Shown here: in pieces, positions 35,940 through 47,867 of the stretch
Numbering within the stretch: position 1 is the stretch's first letter
How the letters are laid out: each line of letters begins with the position of its first letter
Assembly (NCBI GenBank): GCA_013239625.1
Contig: MU054027.1
Location: 1 to 48,298, forward strand
Reading direction: 5' to 3'
DNA length: 48,298 nucleotides
DNA from: Lama guanicoe
Taxonomy: Eukaryota
Notes under the pieces: model-generated
Told to the model about the DNA's origin: nothing
Seen by the model: the letters and a program-made list of their open reading frames with translations, nothing else
Database searches by the model: none
Program-made: the position numbers and the translations under genes

Positions 35940-38900
35940 CAAATGACAATGAAAACATAGCCAATGAAAACATAGGATGCAGCAAAAGCAGTTCTAAGAG
36001 GGAATTGCATAGCAATATAAGCCTTCTGCAAAAAATAACAATCTCAAGTAAACCTAGCCTATCACCTAAAAATAAATTAGAAAAAGAAGAGCAAACAAAA
36101 CTTAAAGTCAGCAGAAGGAAGGAAATAATAAAGATCAGGAAGGAAATAAATAAAATAGATAAAAAAAAAGAAAAAATCAATCAAACCAAGCACTGGTTTT
36201 TTGAAAGAGTAAACAAAATTGACAAACCTCTGGTCAGGCTCACTAAGAGAAAAGAAAGAGAACACAAATAAACAGAATAAGAAAGGAAAATGGAGGAATT
36301 ACAAACAATACCACAGAAATACAAAAAAAAAAAGCAAATACTATGAACAACTATATCCAAACAAATTGGACAACCGAGAAGAAATTGACAAGTTTCTGGA
36401 AATGTACAGTCCAACAAGACTGAATCTAGAAGAAATAGACCACTTAAACAGCCTAATCACTAGAAATGAAACAGCAATAAAAAACTTCCCTACAAATAAA
36501 AGTCCAGGAAGAGATGGCTTCACTGGGGGATTCTACCAAATGTAGAAAGAAAAACTCATACCAATTCTTCTCAAACGCTTCCAAAAGATAGGAAGGGAGG
36601 GAATACATCCAAACTCATTCTATGAAGCCACCATCACCCTGATACCAAATACAGACAAAGATACTACTGAAAAAGAAAATTACAGGCCAATATCATTGAT
36701 GAATATAGACGCAAAAATCCTCAACAAAATATTAGCAAACAGAATCTAACAACACATAAGAAATATCATACATCATGATCAGGTTGGATCCATCCCGGAG
36801 ACAAAAGGATGGTTCAACATATGCAAATCAATCAATGTGATACACACATCAATGACAGAAAGGTGAAAATCACATAACCTGAACAGATGCAGGAAAAGTA
36901 CTTGATAAAAGTCAACACTAATTTATGAAAACAATTCTTCCCAAAATGGGTATACGGGGAACATATCTCAATATAAAAAGCTATTTATGACAAACCTACA
37001 GCCAGCACAATACTCAACAGTGAAAAAATGAAAGCTTTGCCACTAAAATCTGGAACAAGACAAGGATGCCCACTCCCTCCACTTCTATTCAACAGAGTCT
37101 TGGAAGTCCTAGCCATAGCAAGTGGGCAAAAGAAAGAAATAAATAGGATCCACATTGGAAGAGAAGGGGTAAAACTGAAACTATATGCCAATGACATGAT
37201 ACAATATATAGAAAACCCTAAAAGCACCACAGCTGATACTACAGCTGATAAAAGAATTTAGCAAGGTAGCAGGATCCAAGATTAATATACAAAAATCAGT
37301 TGCATTTCTTTATACTAACAATGAATTAGCAGGAAAAAAAAACTAAAGAAACAATTCCTTTTAAAATTGCATCCAAAACAATAAAACACTTAGGAATAAA
37401 TCTAAGGAGGTGAAAGATTTATACATGAAGTACTACAAGACATTGATTAAGGAAATTAAAGAAGACATAAAGAAATGGGAAGATGTCCCATTTTATCGGA
37501 TTGGAAGAATCAATATTGTTAAAATGACCAGAATGCATAAGGCAATCTACAGATTCAATGCAATCCCTATCAAATTACACAGGAGATTTTTCGCAGAACT
37601 AGAACAAATAATCCTAAAATTTATATGGAATCACAAAAGACCCATAATTGCCAAAACAATACTGAGTAAAAGGACAAGACAGNNNNNNNNNNNNNNNNNN
37701 NNNNNNNNNNNNNNNNNNNNNNNNNNNNNNNNNNNNNNNNNNNNNNNNNNNNNNNNNNNNNNNNNNNNNNNNNNNNNNNNNNCAGAATAGAGGGAAATAA
37801 ACCCACAGACCTATGGTCAATTATCTTTGACAAAGGAGGCAAGAATATACAATGGAGAAAAGACAGTTTCTTCAGCAAGTGGTGTGAACAGCAGCATGAA
37901 AGTCAATGAAGTTAGACTACTCACTCAAACCATACACAAAAATAAACTCAAAATGGCTAAAAGGCTTAAATATAAGACAAGACACTATAAACCTCTTAGA
38001 AGAAAACACAGGAAAAAACATTTTCTGACATAAATCTTCCCAATATTCACCTAGGGCAATCTACCCAGCCAATAGAAATAAAAGCAAAAATAAACAAATG
38101 GGACCTAATTAAACTTATAAGCTTTTGCACAGCAAAGGAAACAATGAGCAAAACAAAATGACAACTTACAGAATGGGAGAAAATATATGCAAAAGGTGAG
38201 ATTGACAAGGGCTTAATTTCCAGAATATATAAAGAGCTCATACAACGTAATAAGAAAAAAAATGCAATCTAAAAATAGCAGAAGACCTAAAAAAGCATTT
38301 CTCTAATGAATACATACAAATGGCCAAAAGGTACATGAAAAAATGCTTGATATTGTTAATTATCAGAGAAATGCAAATCAAAACTACAATGAGGTATCAC
38401 CTCACACCAGTCAAAATGGCCATCATTCAAAAGTCCACAAATGATAAATGCTGGAGAGGCTGTGGAGAAAAGGGAACTCTCCTACACTGCTGGCAGGAAT
38501 GTAGTTTGGTGCAGCCATTATGGAAAACTGTATGGAGATTCCTCAAAAAACTAAAAATAGACTTTCTCTATGATCCAGCAATCCCACTCTTGGGCATATA
38601 TCTGGAGGGAACACTTATTTGAACACCAATACTCACAGTAGCACTATATGCAATAGCCAAGACATGGAAGCAACCTAAATGTCCACTGACAGATGACTAG
38701 ATAAAGAAGCTGTGATATAGTTATACAATGGAATACTACTCAGCCATAAAAAAGAATAAAATAACATTATTTGCAGCAACATGGATGAACCTAGAGATCA
38801 TCATTCTAAGTGAAGTGAGCCAGAAAGAGAAATAAAAATACCATATCATATCACTCATATGTAGAATCTAAAGAAAAAAAAAGACATTATGAACTCAGCT

Positions 38901-39200
38901 ATAAAACAGAAACAGACTTATAGAAATAGTAAATAATCTTATGGTTACTTGGGCAAGGAGGTGGGAAGGGATAAATCTGATAGTCTGAGATTTACATGTT
39001 AGTCACTATATATAAAAATAGATTTAAAAACAAGTTTTATCTGTATAGTACAGAGAACTATATTCAATATTTTGTAATAACCTTTAATGAAAAAGAATAT
39101 GATAATGAATACATATGCATGACTGGGACATTGTGCTGTACACTGGAAATTGATACATTGTAACTGACTGTACTTCAATAAAATAAAAATTAAAAAATTA
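35940..39200 (+). mobile_element. 5'-truncated L1 (disabled ORF2, 3'UTR, A-rich tail)
   Basis: [24 protein letters not shown] (RT motif), [15 protein letters not shown], and AATAAA at 39177. Multiple frameshifts; spans a gap. Confidence 0.95.
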
Positions 39201-39595
39201 AGTCAGTAATTCATATTAGAACTATATCCCTGTGGTTATTAAATTCTGTAAGTTTATTTGTTTAATAAAGTTAAAAAAAACTATTTGCATCACTTTTTTC
39301 ATAGAGTAGACAATGTTTGATTATATACCCACTGAATGTGAGAGCTGCAAGAGATTTTGGAAACTTCTCAGAATCCCTATGTATCTCCAGTTTATAGATA
39401 AGTCACTTGAGGTCCAGTGACAGAACCGCTTGAACAATGACAGGAGTAAGTTTCTCTGACACCTGTTTCACATTTCTCGTTCATTGAGGAAGAATGAAGA
39501 AATTTCCTTTCTCAAAGTTCAATGATGTCCTTTAACTATATCATTTTTAATGGAGAGTGACATTAGGCAACATTTGAAAGATATAAACATATTAC

Positions 39596-40215
39596 CTTAA
39601 AGAAAGTTAAGGTTTAATGTTTTTGCCCAAACCATAAAATATATGATAATTATTGTTCTTCCCATTAGCGTTGAAACAAAATATGTTATTAGAGTTGCAG
39701 GAACTGTCATGGAATGTTGATGTTTTCAGTTCAGCCTTCGATAGGCTTTAAAAGTATCCTCAGTTTCAACTTCTTCAGTTTTATTTTGTGTGGGTGATTT
39801 CAACTAGCAATGTTCACCTTGTGGGTTCAGAGTCTCCATGGAGCATGTATAGTGGGATCAAAGTTTGTATATCTTCGATATACAGAGATTCAGTTTTGAC
39901 CCAGCAGTTCAGAAATACACCAGTTGCCTAACAGGCTTCGAAAACCTCAAGCCCATCCCACTCCTTTCATGAAATAGAAAGGATTTCCTCAGAACTACCT
40001 ACAAGACACAGGTACAGCTGAATGAAAGCCATATAATGGTTCTAATCATTCTCCCAGGAACAGAAAGCAGGCATCTGCTTCAGATTTCCTAATGTGAAAG
40101 CAAGACTTTTTATTTTCTCTGTGAATGAATTTTAAGAAACTTAGAAAAGAGAGGCTGTGATAGGTGAAAAAAAGACCAATTTGTCTCACAATTTCATTAT
40201 CTCCTCCTCTTCAGC
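39596..40215 (-). pseudogene. TEX15-like exon A
   Basis: ccttcag|AEEEEIMKL...GFRSLLGNWCISELLGQN*ISVYRRYTNFDP...TLTFFK|gtaata, cf. TEX15 TLRSLLWYDETLYAELLGKPRGFQQQSNFYP...LEILRK. An alternative acceptor tgtgtcttgtag lies near 39999. Confidence 0.55.
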
Positions 40216-40339
40216 CTGAAGGTACACTCAGGGAGAGAGCATGGGTAGTTTTCACTGTTTTTATTCTTTCTTATCCTTGAGAATAGGCATCAATTATTGA
40301 TAAGAAACTAAACTAAACTAAAATTCCTCTCCTCTCGTG

Positions 40340-40675
40340 CAATTAAGGATTACCAAAGTTCAGGCCAATGATGTAAACGTGGGACTTCAAGGAGGCTGCT
40401 TAAAGGGAACTGATAGAGCTTGGAGAGCTTGCTTTGCCCTCCTGCTAATTCTCCTTCTTGTGGATGTATACATTGTATACATTGTTCCTGGTATAGGCAG
40501 GAGATCCAGTGGCCATCCTGGACCATGAACATCCTTGATGACGGAAACCACATACTAAGATGCTGGAGCAGAAAGACAGATCTATACCAGGCACTATGTC
40601 TACATGGGAATTCCAGGATTAGTTTGGACTGCTAGACTCTAAGGTTCTTTTATAGGAAGAAGAAACAATTCTCTC
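40340..40675 (+). mobile_element. MLT1-type MaLR LTR fragment
   Basis: caggccaatga...gccatcctggaccatga...ggagcagaaagacag...ggactgc. Confidence 0.6.
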
Positions 40676-42922
40676 CTGACTGTCTCCTTTGGGACATATC
40701 CCTTAATGCAAAGTCACAGGGGCAACGTGGAGGCAGATTGTACAATTCTGTTATCTGATGCTTTTGCTTGGCGGACATCCATGTCCTTTTCTACTGGGAA
40801 CAGAAGACATGTGAAGGGGTGAGTTGGGCTCTGAGAACGTCCCCATGAGCAGAACCTTGGTATATTGTCTGTGTGTGTGTGGAAAGCAGGGCTTACATGC
40901 CAGAGTTCCCTTCTGGCCTTCACATGGACACTGGTTGACTGGTGGGTTTTACCCATGTCCCTTGGTGTTAGGGAGCATTTAGTGCCCATGAACAGTTAAG
41001 CAATACATCACTTTGACATCCTATCCAGTATAAATGGAGCCTGACAAGTCGTGGCTGAGTGCATACTTATGCAATTCTATATCTAAGCCTTCACTGTACA
41101 AGTTCAAAACCAAGGTCCAAAACAGAGGGCAGTACTGACCCAGACTACAGGAGGTAATCAGTCCAGAAGATTAGCAGGGCTTTAGGTTCCCTCAGGCCAG
41201 GGCTCAACCCACAGCATGGAGGAATTAAAGCTCAGAGGTCGTGGGGGGATGTTACATGTCCCCTCTCCTGCATAGTCATTTTCCTCTCTGCATCCCCACG
41301 TGTGTGCAGAAACATACACACTAGATGTGTGGTCAAAAAATGCAGACACTGGGGAAGTGACAACAGGAAAGGAAGAAAGTCTGGGGGCAGCTCTAGCAGG
41401 CAGTGATGGCATCCACTTTCTTAGCTACATGGTCATAGTCTCAGAAGTGGGCAGAGGAGTCCTGGGGTTCCTGGGGTTCTGTCTTGTCCAGGGACATTCT
41501 TGGTCCAACCTCAGTAGGATAGGACTTGGGTCTTGCAGTCCACCTGTGTGAGCACCTGGAACTACAAGCCCACACCCTCTAGTAGACAGTGGTCATAAGA
41601 GAAAGACCTCAATATCCTTTTGAAGTTGGGGTGCTTTTGGTAGGTGACCCCAGTGGCTTTACATGCTCACACAGTGTCCCTCAGCCTTGGCACTCTATGA
41701 CCCACAGTGCCCTGAGAATTTTGGAAAATGTTCTTCACTCTCAAGAGGTCTTTTAGAGCAGACAGGAACTCAGGGACTTGGGATAAGGAAAAATGCACCA
41801 GAGCACTGCAGACCAAGTCTGGGGTTCGGGACAGGACCACTTCTTGTTTGACCCGCAGGGTCTTCATTTAGATATGTAGGGGTATCATTGTTTTGAATAA
41901 GGTGATGCCTCATGGATAAAGATGGTCATCTCGGTGGTGGACAGAATAGTGGGGGAAGGGAGCTTCTGAGGTCACGTGCACTGCCTGCAGAGCCCATAGA
42001 GTCTCCTCCTTTGCCCTGGGGACTGAGGGGAGCCACTGCCTTGAGGACACCCAAACAATGGTGCCAGCTTGTCTGGTGGTGTTCCTGTCTGGGGCCGCAC
42101 TGCTAGCACTGGCCACCAGAGGAAAAGTGGCCTCCTGTGTCACTGGTGCCCACTGAACTTTGCAGGAGGAATGAGAGCAGGGCGAGTCATGCAGAGCCCT
42201 CTGTGCGTGTCCCCCTGTTTCAGAAACAGCTAGATTTGAGTGAATGAAAGAGCTTAGGTAATGGAATCTTGGAAAAGAGGTCTCACTTCCCTGGTGATAG
42301 GCCCCAACGAAACTTAGTACCAGGCACCCTCGCTCCAGAGACGGCTGCCTCAAGAGCTCGCGTGACCAGAAAGACGGAAAAGAACAAGATGTTCTCCTGT
42401 TGTATTGTGTTGCGACATTCAGAGGCTCTGGGCTGAGCAAAATCCAGAGAGACTTTCCCTCACCACCCACACCTCTGGCCATTTGACAGGAAGCACTCAA
42501 GGGAAACATGGTGACCCACTGCTGGCCGGGCCACACATGTGATTCCCCTGATGGCCCTGTTTTCTTTGTCCCTCACTGTGTGCATATTTTGGGGTTGGTG
42601 CTGTCAGAGGATGAGGTGCATGCCCCTCCTTGGAAAGAGAAGATTGTTAGGTACTGGAAGCCTGGTGGTTTGTCATGTTTATACCACAGGTCATGGCTGG
42701 CAGGATGAGAAGGTGAGTGCTGAGAACCAAGCTCATCTACCCGTATGTTAATCCTGAGCTCTCAAGGTTTCATCTGTTTTCCCCCATGGTTGAATGACTT
42801 TTCAGATGGCCCTCTGTGCCTAAAATGAGAAATTGAATTGCTCATAGCAGGGTCTCTTCCTGTGGCGATATCCAGGCACACCCCTGACGGCTCCAGGCCC
42901 AGCTGAGACACTGTCTTTGCAG

Positions 42923-43033
42923 AGCTCCACCCAGAGGGTCTTTGAGGAGCTGCTCAACAAGTTCAGCTGCTCCCACTCCCTGGGCAAGGAGCAGGTGCAC
43001 AGAACTGTCGACAGTGTTCAGCACTGATCTGAC
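42923..43033 (+). pseudogene. RALGDS-like exon 2, copy a
   Basis: ctttgcag|SSTQRVFEELLNKFSCSHSLGKEQVHRTVDSVQH*SD|atgaga, 111 nt. Confidence 0.8.
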
Positions 43034-43784
43034 ATGAGAACAGCTGTAGAGGTCTCTCCACATCCGGGACCCACAGAGACCTGGAATGGGCCCCAAACCC
43101 AGACTCAAATCTGGAGATCCCCCTGGGGCCCTTCTAAGACTTTTCCACATGAGCGGCCAACAGGGCCACTCCTGGGGAATCTGGTCCTCGACAATTCCCC
43201 ACACACTACACTGTAGTGTGGGAAAGATACTTGTCAGCTCGTTGCTGAAATAGTAGAGAAATACTTAATATTGTTTTTACTTTTCATGAATATCCTTGCA
43301 TTTTGTTCCTGTTTTGATTCTTTTAAATACACACCGCAGGTATCCACTGTAGCAATCACCTTCACTGTCCTGGTACACCTGCTCCAAGCCTTGCCAGTCA
43401 CCTCACTTAATATGGATATTTATACATAAAAGGGGGCATGAGGCTAAGCTATTCTATATCTCTGCGACATGTCATCTCACAGATACATCAAATTGTTGTA
43501 AGCCCAAGAAGTCAAGAGCTGCATCCTTACTTGTGTTCAAAACATCCCATATAAGAGGTCAGCCAACTGCCACAATGATCCAGCTTTTCAGTGTTGTTGC
43601 TCATGTCAGAGCATTAAATTCAACAACTCAAGTTTGTTGCCGTTTCAACAGTGCTGCAGGGAACACCATACATGTGTCTTAATGAACTGTTTTAGTTTGT
43701 TAGATCTGCCATTATATCAAATTTCACACTGAGTGGAAAGTCCCTGATGCTTACTGGCCAAGATACCAGGTTCTGTCTTTGTAG

Positions 43785-43892
43785 AACTCCACCCATGACC
43801 TCTTCAAGGAGCTGTTCAATGAATTCAACTACTCCATTTACAGAGACAAGGGGCAGGTGCACCAGGCCACCAACAATATCCAGTGGTTTAAG
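43785..43892 (+). pseudogene. RALGDS-like exon 2, copy b
   Basis: ctttgtag|NSTHDLFKELFNEFNYSIYRDKGQVHQATNNIQWFK|atgaga, 108 nt. Confidence 0.8.
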
Positions 43893-44039
43893 ATGAGAAC
43901 AGGTACAGAAGGTCTCAACTCTCAAGACCTAGAGATGATCAGAGCAGGCCTAAAACACAGGCTCAAATATGATACTTCCCTGGGTTCCTCTGAGGAATGT
44001 GGTTCCCTGAGTCTTCTGCCCCATGTCAGGAGTAGAGCA

Positions 44040-44270
44040 AGCCTCAGGTGGCTTAGAGGGAGTGGCAAGCAGCTCATGTTTGCAGGGTTCTCAGTTCTGA
44101 TCTGTGTAATCCTGAGCAGCCATTTGAAACCTCCATCTTCTGTTTTCTCATATCTACAGAGAGAATATTTACTGATGACTCATTGGGATAATGCTCTTAA
44201 AATAGGGTCATAGTATTGTTCCTGAGATAGTACAATGCCTTGAAGGTACCAAATGCATATTCTTCCCACT
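44040..44270 (+). mobile_element. MIR
   Basis: ctgtgtaatcctgagcag...ctgttttctcatatcta...ataatgc. Confidence 0.55.
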
Positions 44271-44437
44271 AAATCACACTGTACTTTAAAACCTAGAAAC
44301 TTTTTCAAGGTGGACACTCAACCCTTCCTCTGGTACAAGTTCTTGAGGTTCTGGGAGTTTCTGGTCTGAGCTCTACATACTGATCCTCATGGCTCTTGGT
44401 GATTTCACTGGATATATGTCCATCCTTGTCCACTTCA

Positions 44438-44630
44438 TATGAAAAGGAGATAACCTTGTTTCTGGATGAGGCTTGCACAGTGTTGACCGTGAATGAAGGC
44501 ACAATGGAGAAGCTGGTAGACTCACTGGCACCAGCCTCCCTGGGTAGAAACATCACCTATGTCAACACCTTCCTGTGCTCCTATGAGGCTTCCCCACTGC
44601 CCAACATGTCCTGCACCAACAGTTCAATGG
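44438..44630 (+). pseudogene. RALGDS-like REM (RasGEF_N) exon
   Basis: YEKEITLFLDEACTVLTVNEGTMEKLVDSLAPASLGRNITYVNTFLCSYEA[1-nt del]PTAQHVLHQQFNG|gtgaat. The acceptor AG is lost. Confidence 0.87.
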
Positions 44631-44953
44631 GTGAATATCTGCCCCATTCATGGCATGGTGGTGGGTGCCCCACCTTTACCTGTGTGTCTCTGGAAACCCA
44701 CTGCACCTTTGTGAGCTTCACTTTGTTCTTTTGACATGTGGGATGGTAAAAGAACAAGCCTCATAGGGCTACTATAGAAAGTGATGGGATAAGCTATGAT
44801 AGATGATTATCTGGGGCCTGGTGCTTTAGAGAAGGCTGACGGGCGTGCTGGACAGCTTCATGTTTGTTACATCTCTCCCTAGTGAAGAAGCTCTCTGCCC
44901 CATCCCTCACTGGACTGTGGCCTTTCAGAGTTTAGAAATGCACATGGAAAGTA

Positions 44954-47449
44954 TCCCTAGGTGGATTTATTCCCAGATATTTTACCCTTTTGGATGTGAT
45001 GGTAAATGGGATTGTTTCTTTAATTTCTCTTTCTGATACTTCATTGTTAGTGTATATAAATGCAACCAATTTCTGTGTATTAATTTTATATCTTGCACCT
45101 AATGTACCAAATTCATTGATGAGCTATAGTAATTTTCTGGTGGTGTCTTTAGGGTTTTCTGTTTATAATATCATGTCATATGTAAACAGTGACAGTTTCC
45201 TTCCTGATTTGGGTTCCTTTTATTTCTTTTTCTCCTCTGCTTGCTTTAAGGAGGACCTCAAAAACTGTTAGAAAAGTGGTGAGAGTGGGCATCCTTGTCT
45301 TGTTCCTGATCTTAGAGGAAATGCTACCAGCTTTTCAACATTGAGAATGGTGGGAATGTCATATATGGCCTTTGTTATGTTGAGGTATGTTCCCTCTATG
45401 CCCACTTTCTGGAGTTTTTTTTTATCATAAATAGATGTTGAATTTTATCAAAAGCTTTTTCTGCATTTATTGAGATACTCACATAGTTTTTATTTTTTAA
45501 CTTATTAATGTGGGATATCACATTGATTGATATGTAAATACTGAAAGATTTATGCATCCCTGGGATAAATCCCTCTTGATCATGATGTGTGATTATTTTA
45601 ATGTATTATTGGGGCTGATTGGCTAGTAGTTTGTTGAGGATTTTTGCTTCTATGTACATCAGCATTATTGGCCTGTAATTTTCTTTTTTGTGTGTGATAT
45701 TTTTGTCTGGTTTTGGTATCAGAGTGATGCTGGCCTTATAGAATGAGTTCAGAAATGTTCTTCCTTCTGCAAATTTTGGTAACAGATTGAGAAGGAGGCA
45801 AAAGACCTGTACTCTGAAACTACAATGCTATTGACAGAAATTAAAGATGACACAAACAGATGGAAAGACATACTGTGTTCTACAAACAGTATTGTTACAA
45901 ATGACAGTACTACTGAAGACAATCTAATGATTCAATTCAATCCCTTTCAAAATACCATTTTTTTCATTTTTCATTTCAGAACTAGATGAAATAATCTAAA
46001 AACTTGTTTGGATACAGAAAAGACGTTAAGTAGCCAAGGCAACCTTCAGAAAGAAAAACGAAGCTGAAGGAATCCGGCTCCCTGACTTCAGGCTATACTA
46101 CAAAGCTACAGTAATCAAAACAGTATGGCACTGGCACAAAAACAGTCACATAGATCAATGGAACAGGACAGAAAATCCAGAAATAAACCCATGCATGTAT
46201 GCGCAATTAATCTGTGACAAAGGAGCCAAGAATATACAATGGGGAAAGGGCAGTCTCTTCAATAAGTGGTAAAACTGCACAGCTGCTTGTAAGAGAATAG
46301 AAATTGGAATATTCTCTTACATCATTATAAAAATAAACTCAAAATAGGTTAAGAACCTAAATGTAAGACCAAATAGTATAAAACTCCTAGAAGAAAACAT
46401 AGGCAGAACATTCTTTGACATAAATTACCACAATATTTTTGGGTCTATCTCCTAAGGTAAATAAATGAAAGCAAAAATAAACAAATGGGACCTAATTAAA
46501 TTTGAAAGCTTTTGCATAGCAAAGGAAACCATTAACAAAAGTAAAAAGAGAACCTACTGAATGGGAGAATGTATTTGCAAATGATATCACCATAGGGAAT
46601 TAATATCAAACATATATAAATAGCTCATTCAATTCAAAAATTTAAAAAGCAGCTTAATTAAAAAATGGGGAGAAAAACTGAATAGACATTTTTCCAAAGG
46701 GGAAATGCAGATGACCAACAGACACATGAAAATATGCTCATCACTGCTAATTATTAAGGAAATGTAAATGAAAACCTCAATGAGATTATCACCTCACACC
46801 TGTCAGAATGTCTATCATCAAAAAGAACACAAATAACAAATGTTGCAAGGATGTGAAGAAAAGGGAACCCTCTCACACTGTTGGTGGGAACGTAAATGGG
46901 TGCAACCACTGTGGAAAACAGTATGGAAGTTTCTCAAAAAATTTAAAATAGAACTACCATATGACCCAGCAATTGCAGTCCTGGATATATATCCAAAACA
47001 AAAACAAAAGGAAAAAAAAAACACTAATTCAAAAAGATGCATGCACCCCCATGTTCACACAGTATAATTTATAATTGCCAAGATATGGAAGCAACCTAAG
47101 TGTCCATCAACAGAGGAATGGATAAAGAAGATGTGATATATGTAAACACACACACACACACACACAGAGGAATAGGAAAATTAGCCATTAAAAATAACGA
47201 AATTTTGCCATTTGCAACAACATGGATGGACTTGAGGGGCATTACACTAAGTGAAACAAGTCAGACAAAGACAAATGCTGTAGGATACCACTTATATGTG
47301 GAATCTAAAATAATACAACAAAAGAGTGAATATGACAAACAAACAATCAAACAAAAAGCAGCAGACTCAGGATAAAGAGAACAAACTAGTGGTTACCAGT
47401 GGGGAGAAGGTGGGGAGGAGCTGTATAAGGTTAGGGGAGTGGAAGGGGG
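44954..47449 (+). mobile_element. L1 with 5' inversion (44954-45796 antisense; 45792-47449 sense)
   Basis: Antisense ORF2 RT text switches to sense ORF2 at aagga (45792-45796). C-domain [14 protein letters not shown]. Degenerate TSD at 44936-44953 / 47453-47470. Confidence 0.92.
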
Positions 47450-47807
47450 AGAAAAAGCAGACAGAAAGCAACCTGTTTTCCTATTTGCAAAGAAGTGTTG
47501 AGGTTCCATCTAGCTATTCCTGTCCTTGTCTTGGTGTGACCAGATTAGGGATCTCTGGAGGCAGGCATAGGACCACCAGGCCTATCCAGATAACTGGATG
47601 GTTCTGACTGTAGTTTATTCATTCAGTAGTATATATTAAGGGCCTGCTACATGCAGGCATTTTTCTACACAGTAAAATAACTTAATGAATGAAGTAGTCA
47701 CAATCCCTGGGGTGAAATTCTAGTCACACAGCTGGGCAGTCACTCTAGACATTATAAGCATTGATACCCATGGTACATTAGATGTGATGCCTCAGGGCTT
47801 CCTCTAG

Positions 47808-47867
47808 GTAAGGATGTGTCCTCTCACATTCTGACTATGTTAATGAAGCACAGAATCAACTAAAACT
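47808..47867 (+). pseudogene. RALGDS-like 60-nt exon
   Basis: ttcctctag|G*GCVLSHSDYVNEAQNQLK|gtgagc, cf. RYGCILPYSDEDGGPQDQLK. Confidence 0.75.

Larger units (their letters stand above)
14992..40215 (-). pseudogene. Decayed multi-exon gene with TEX15-domain-like similarity (candidate TEX15 paralogue)
   Basis: Nine minus-strand segments with polypyrimidine-AG acceptors and GT(-like) donors: 39596-40215, 35201-35340, 34264-34417, 33494-33686, 31365-31509, 25311-25702, 21095-21262, 18007-18192, 14992-15143. Their peptide remnants resemble successive parts of the two TEX15 domains as recalled. Many stops and frameshifts; identity is low. Confidence 0.55.
42389..47867 (+). pseudogene. RALGDS: Ral guanine nucleotide dissociation stimulator-like pseudogene (N-terminal/REM exons; probably continues past the window)
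   Basis: Exons: ~42389-42502 (MFSCC..RGSGLSK..HLWPF, frameshifted), 42923-43033, 43785-43892, 44438-44630 and 47808-47867. They match RALGDS SSTQEIGEELING, YENE..GTLEKLVEHL..TFLCTY and YGCILP..QLK. Stops, frameshifts and broken splice sites are present. Confidence 0.88.

Noticed and set aside
41910..42536. 208-aa minus-strand ORF
   Set aside because: Antisense to the RALGDS-like 5' region, with no ATG-supported homology or domain.
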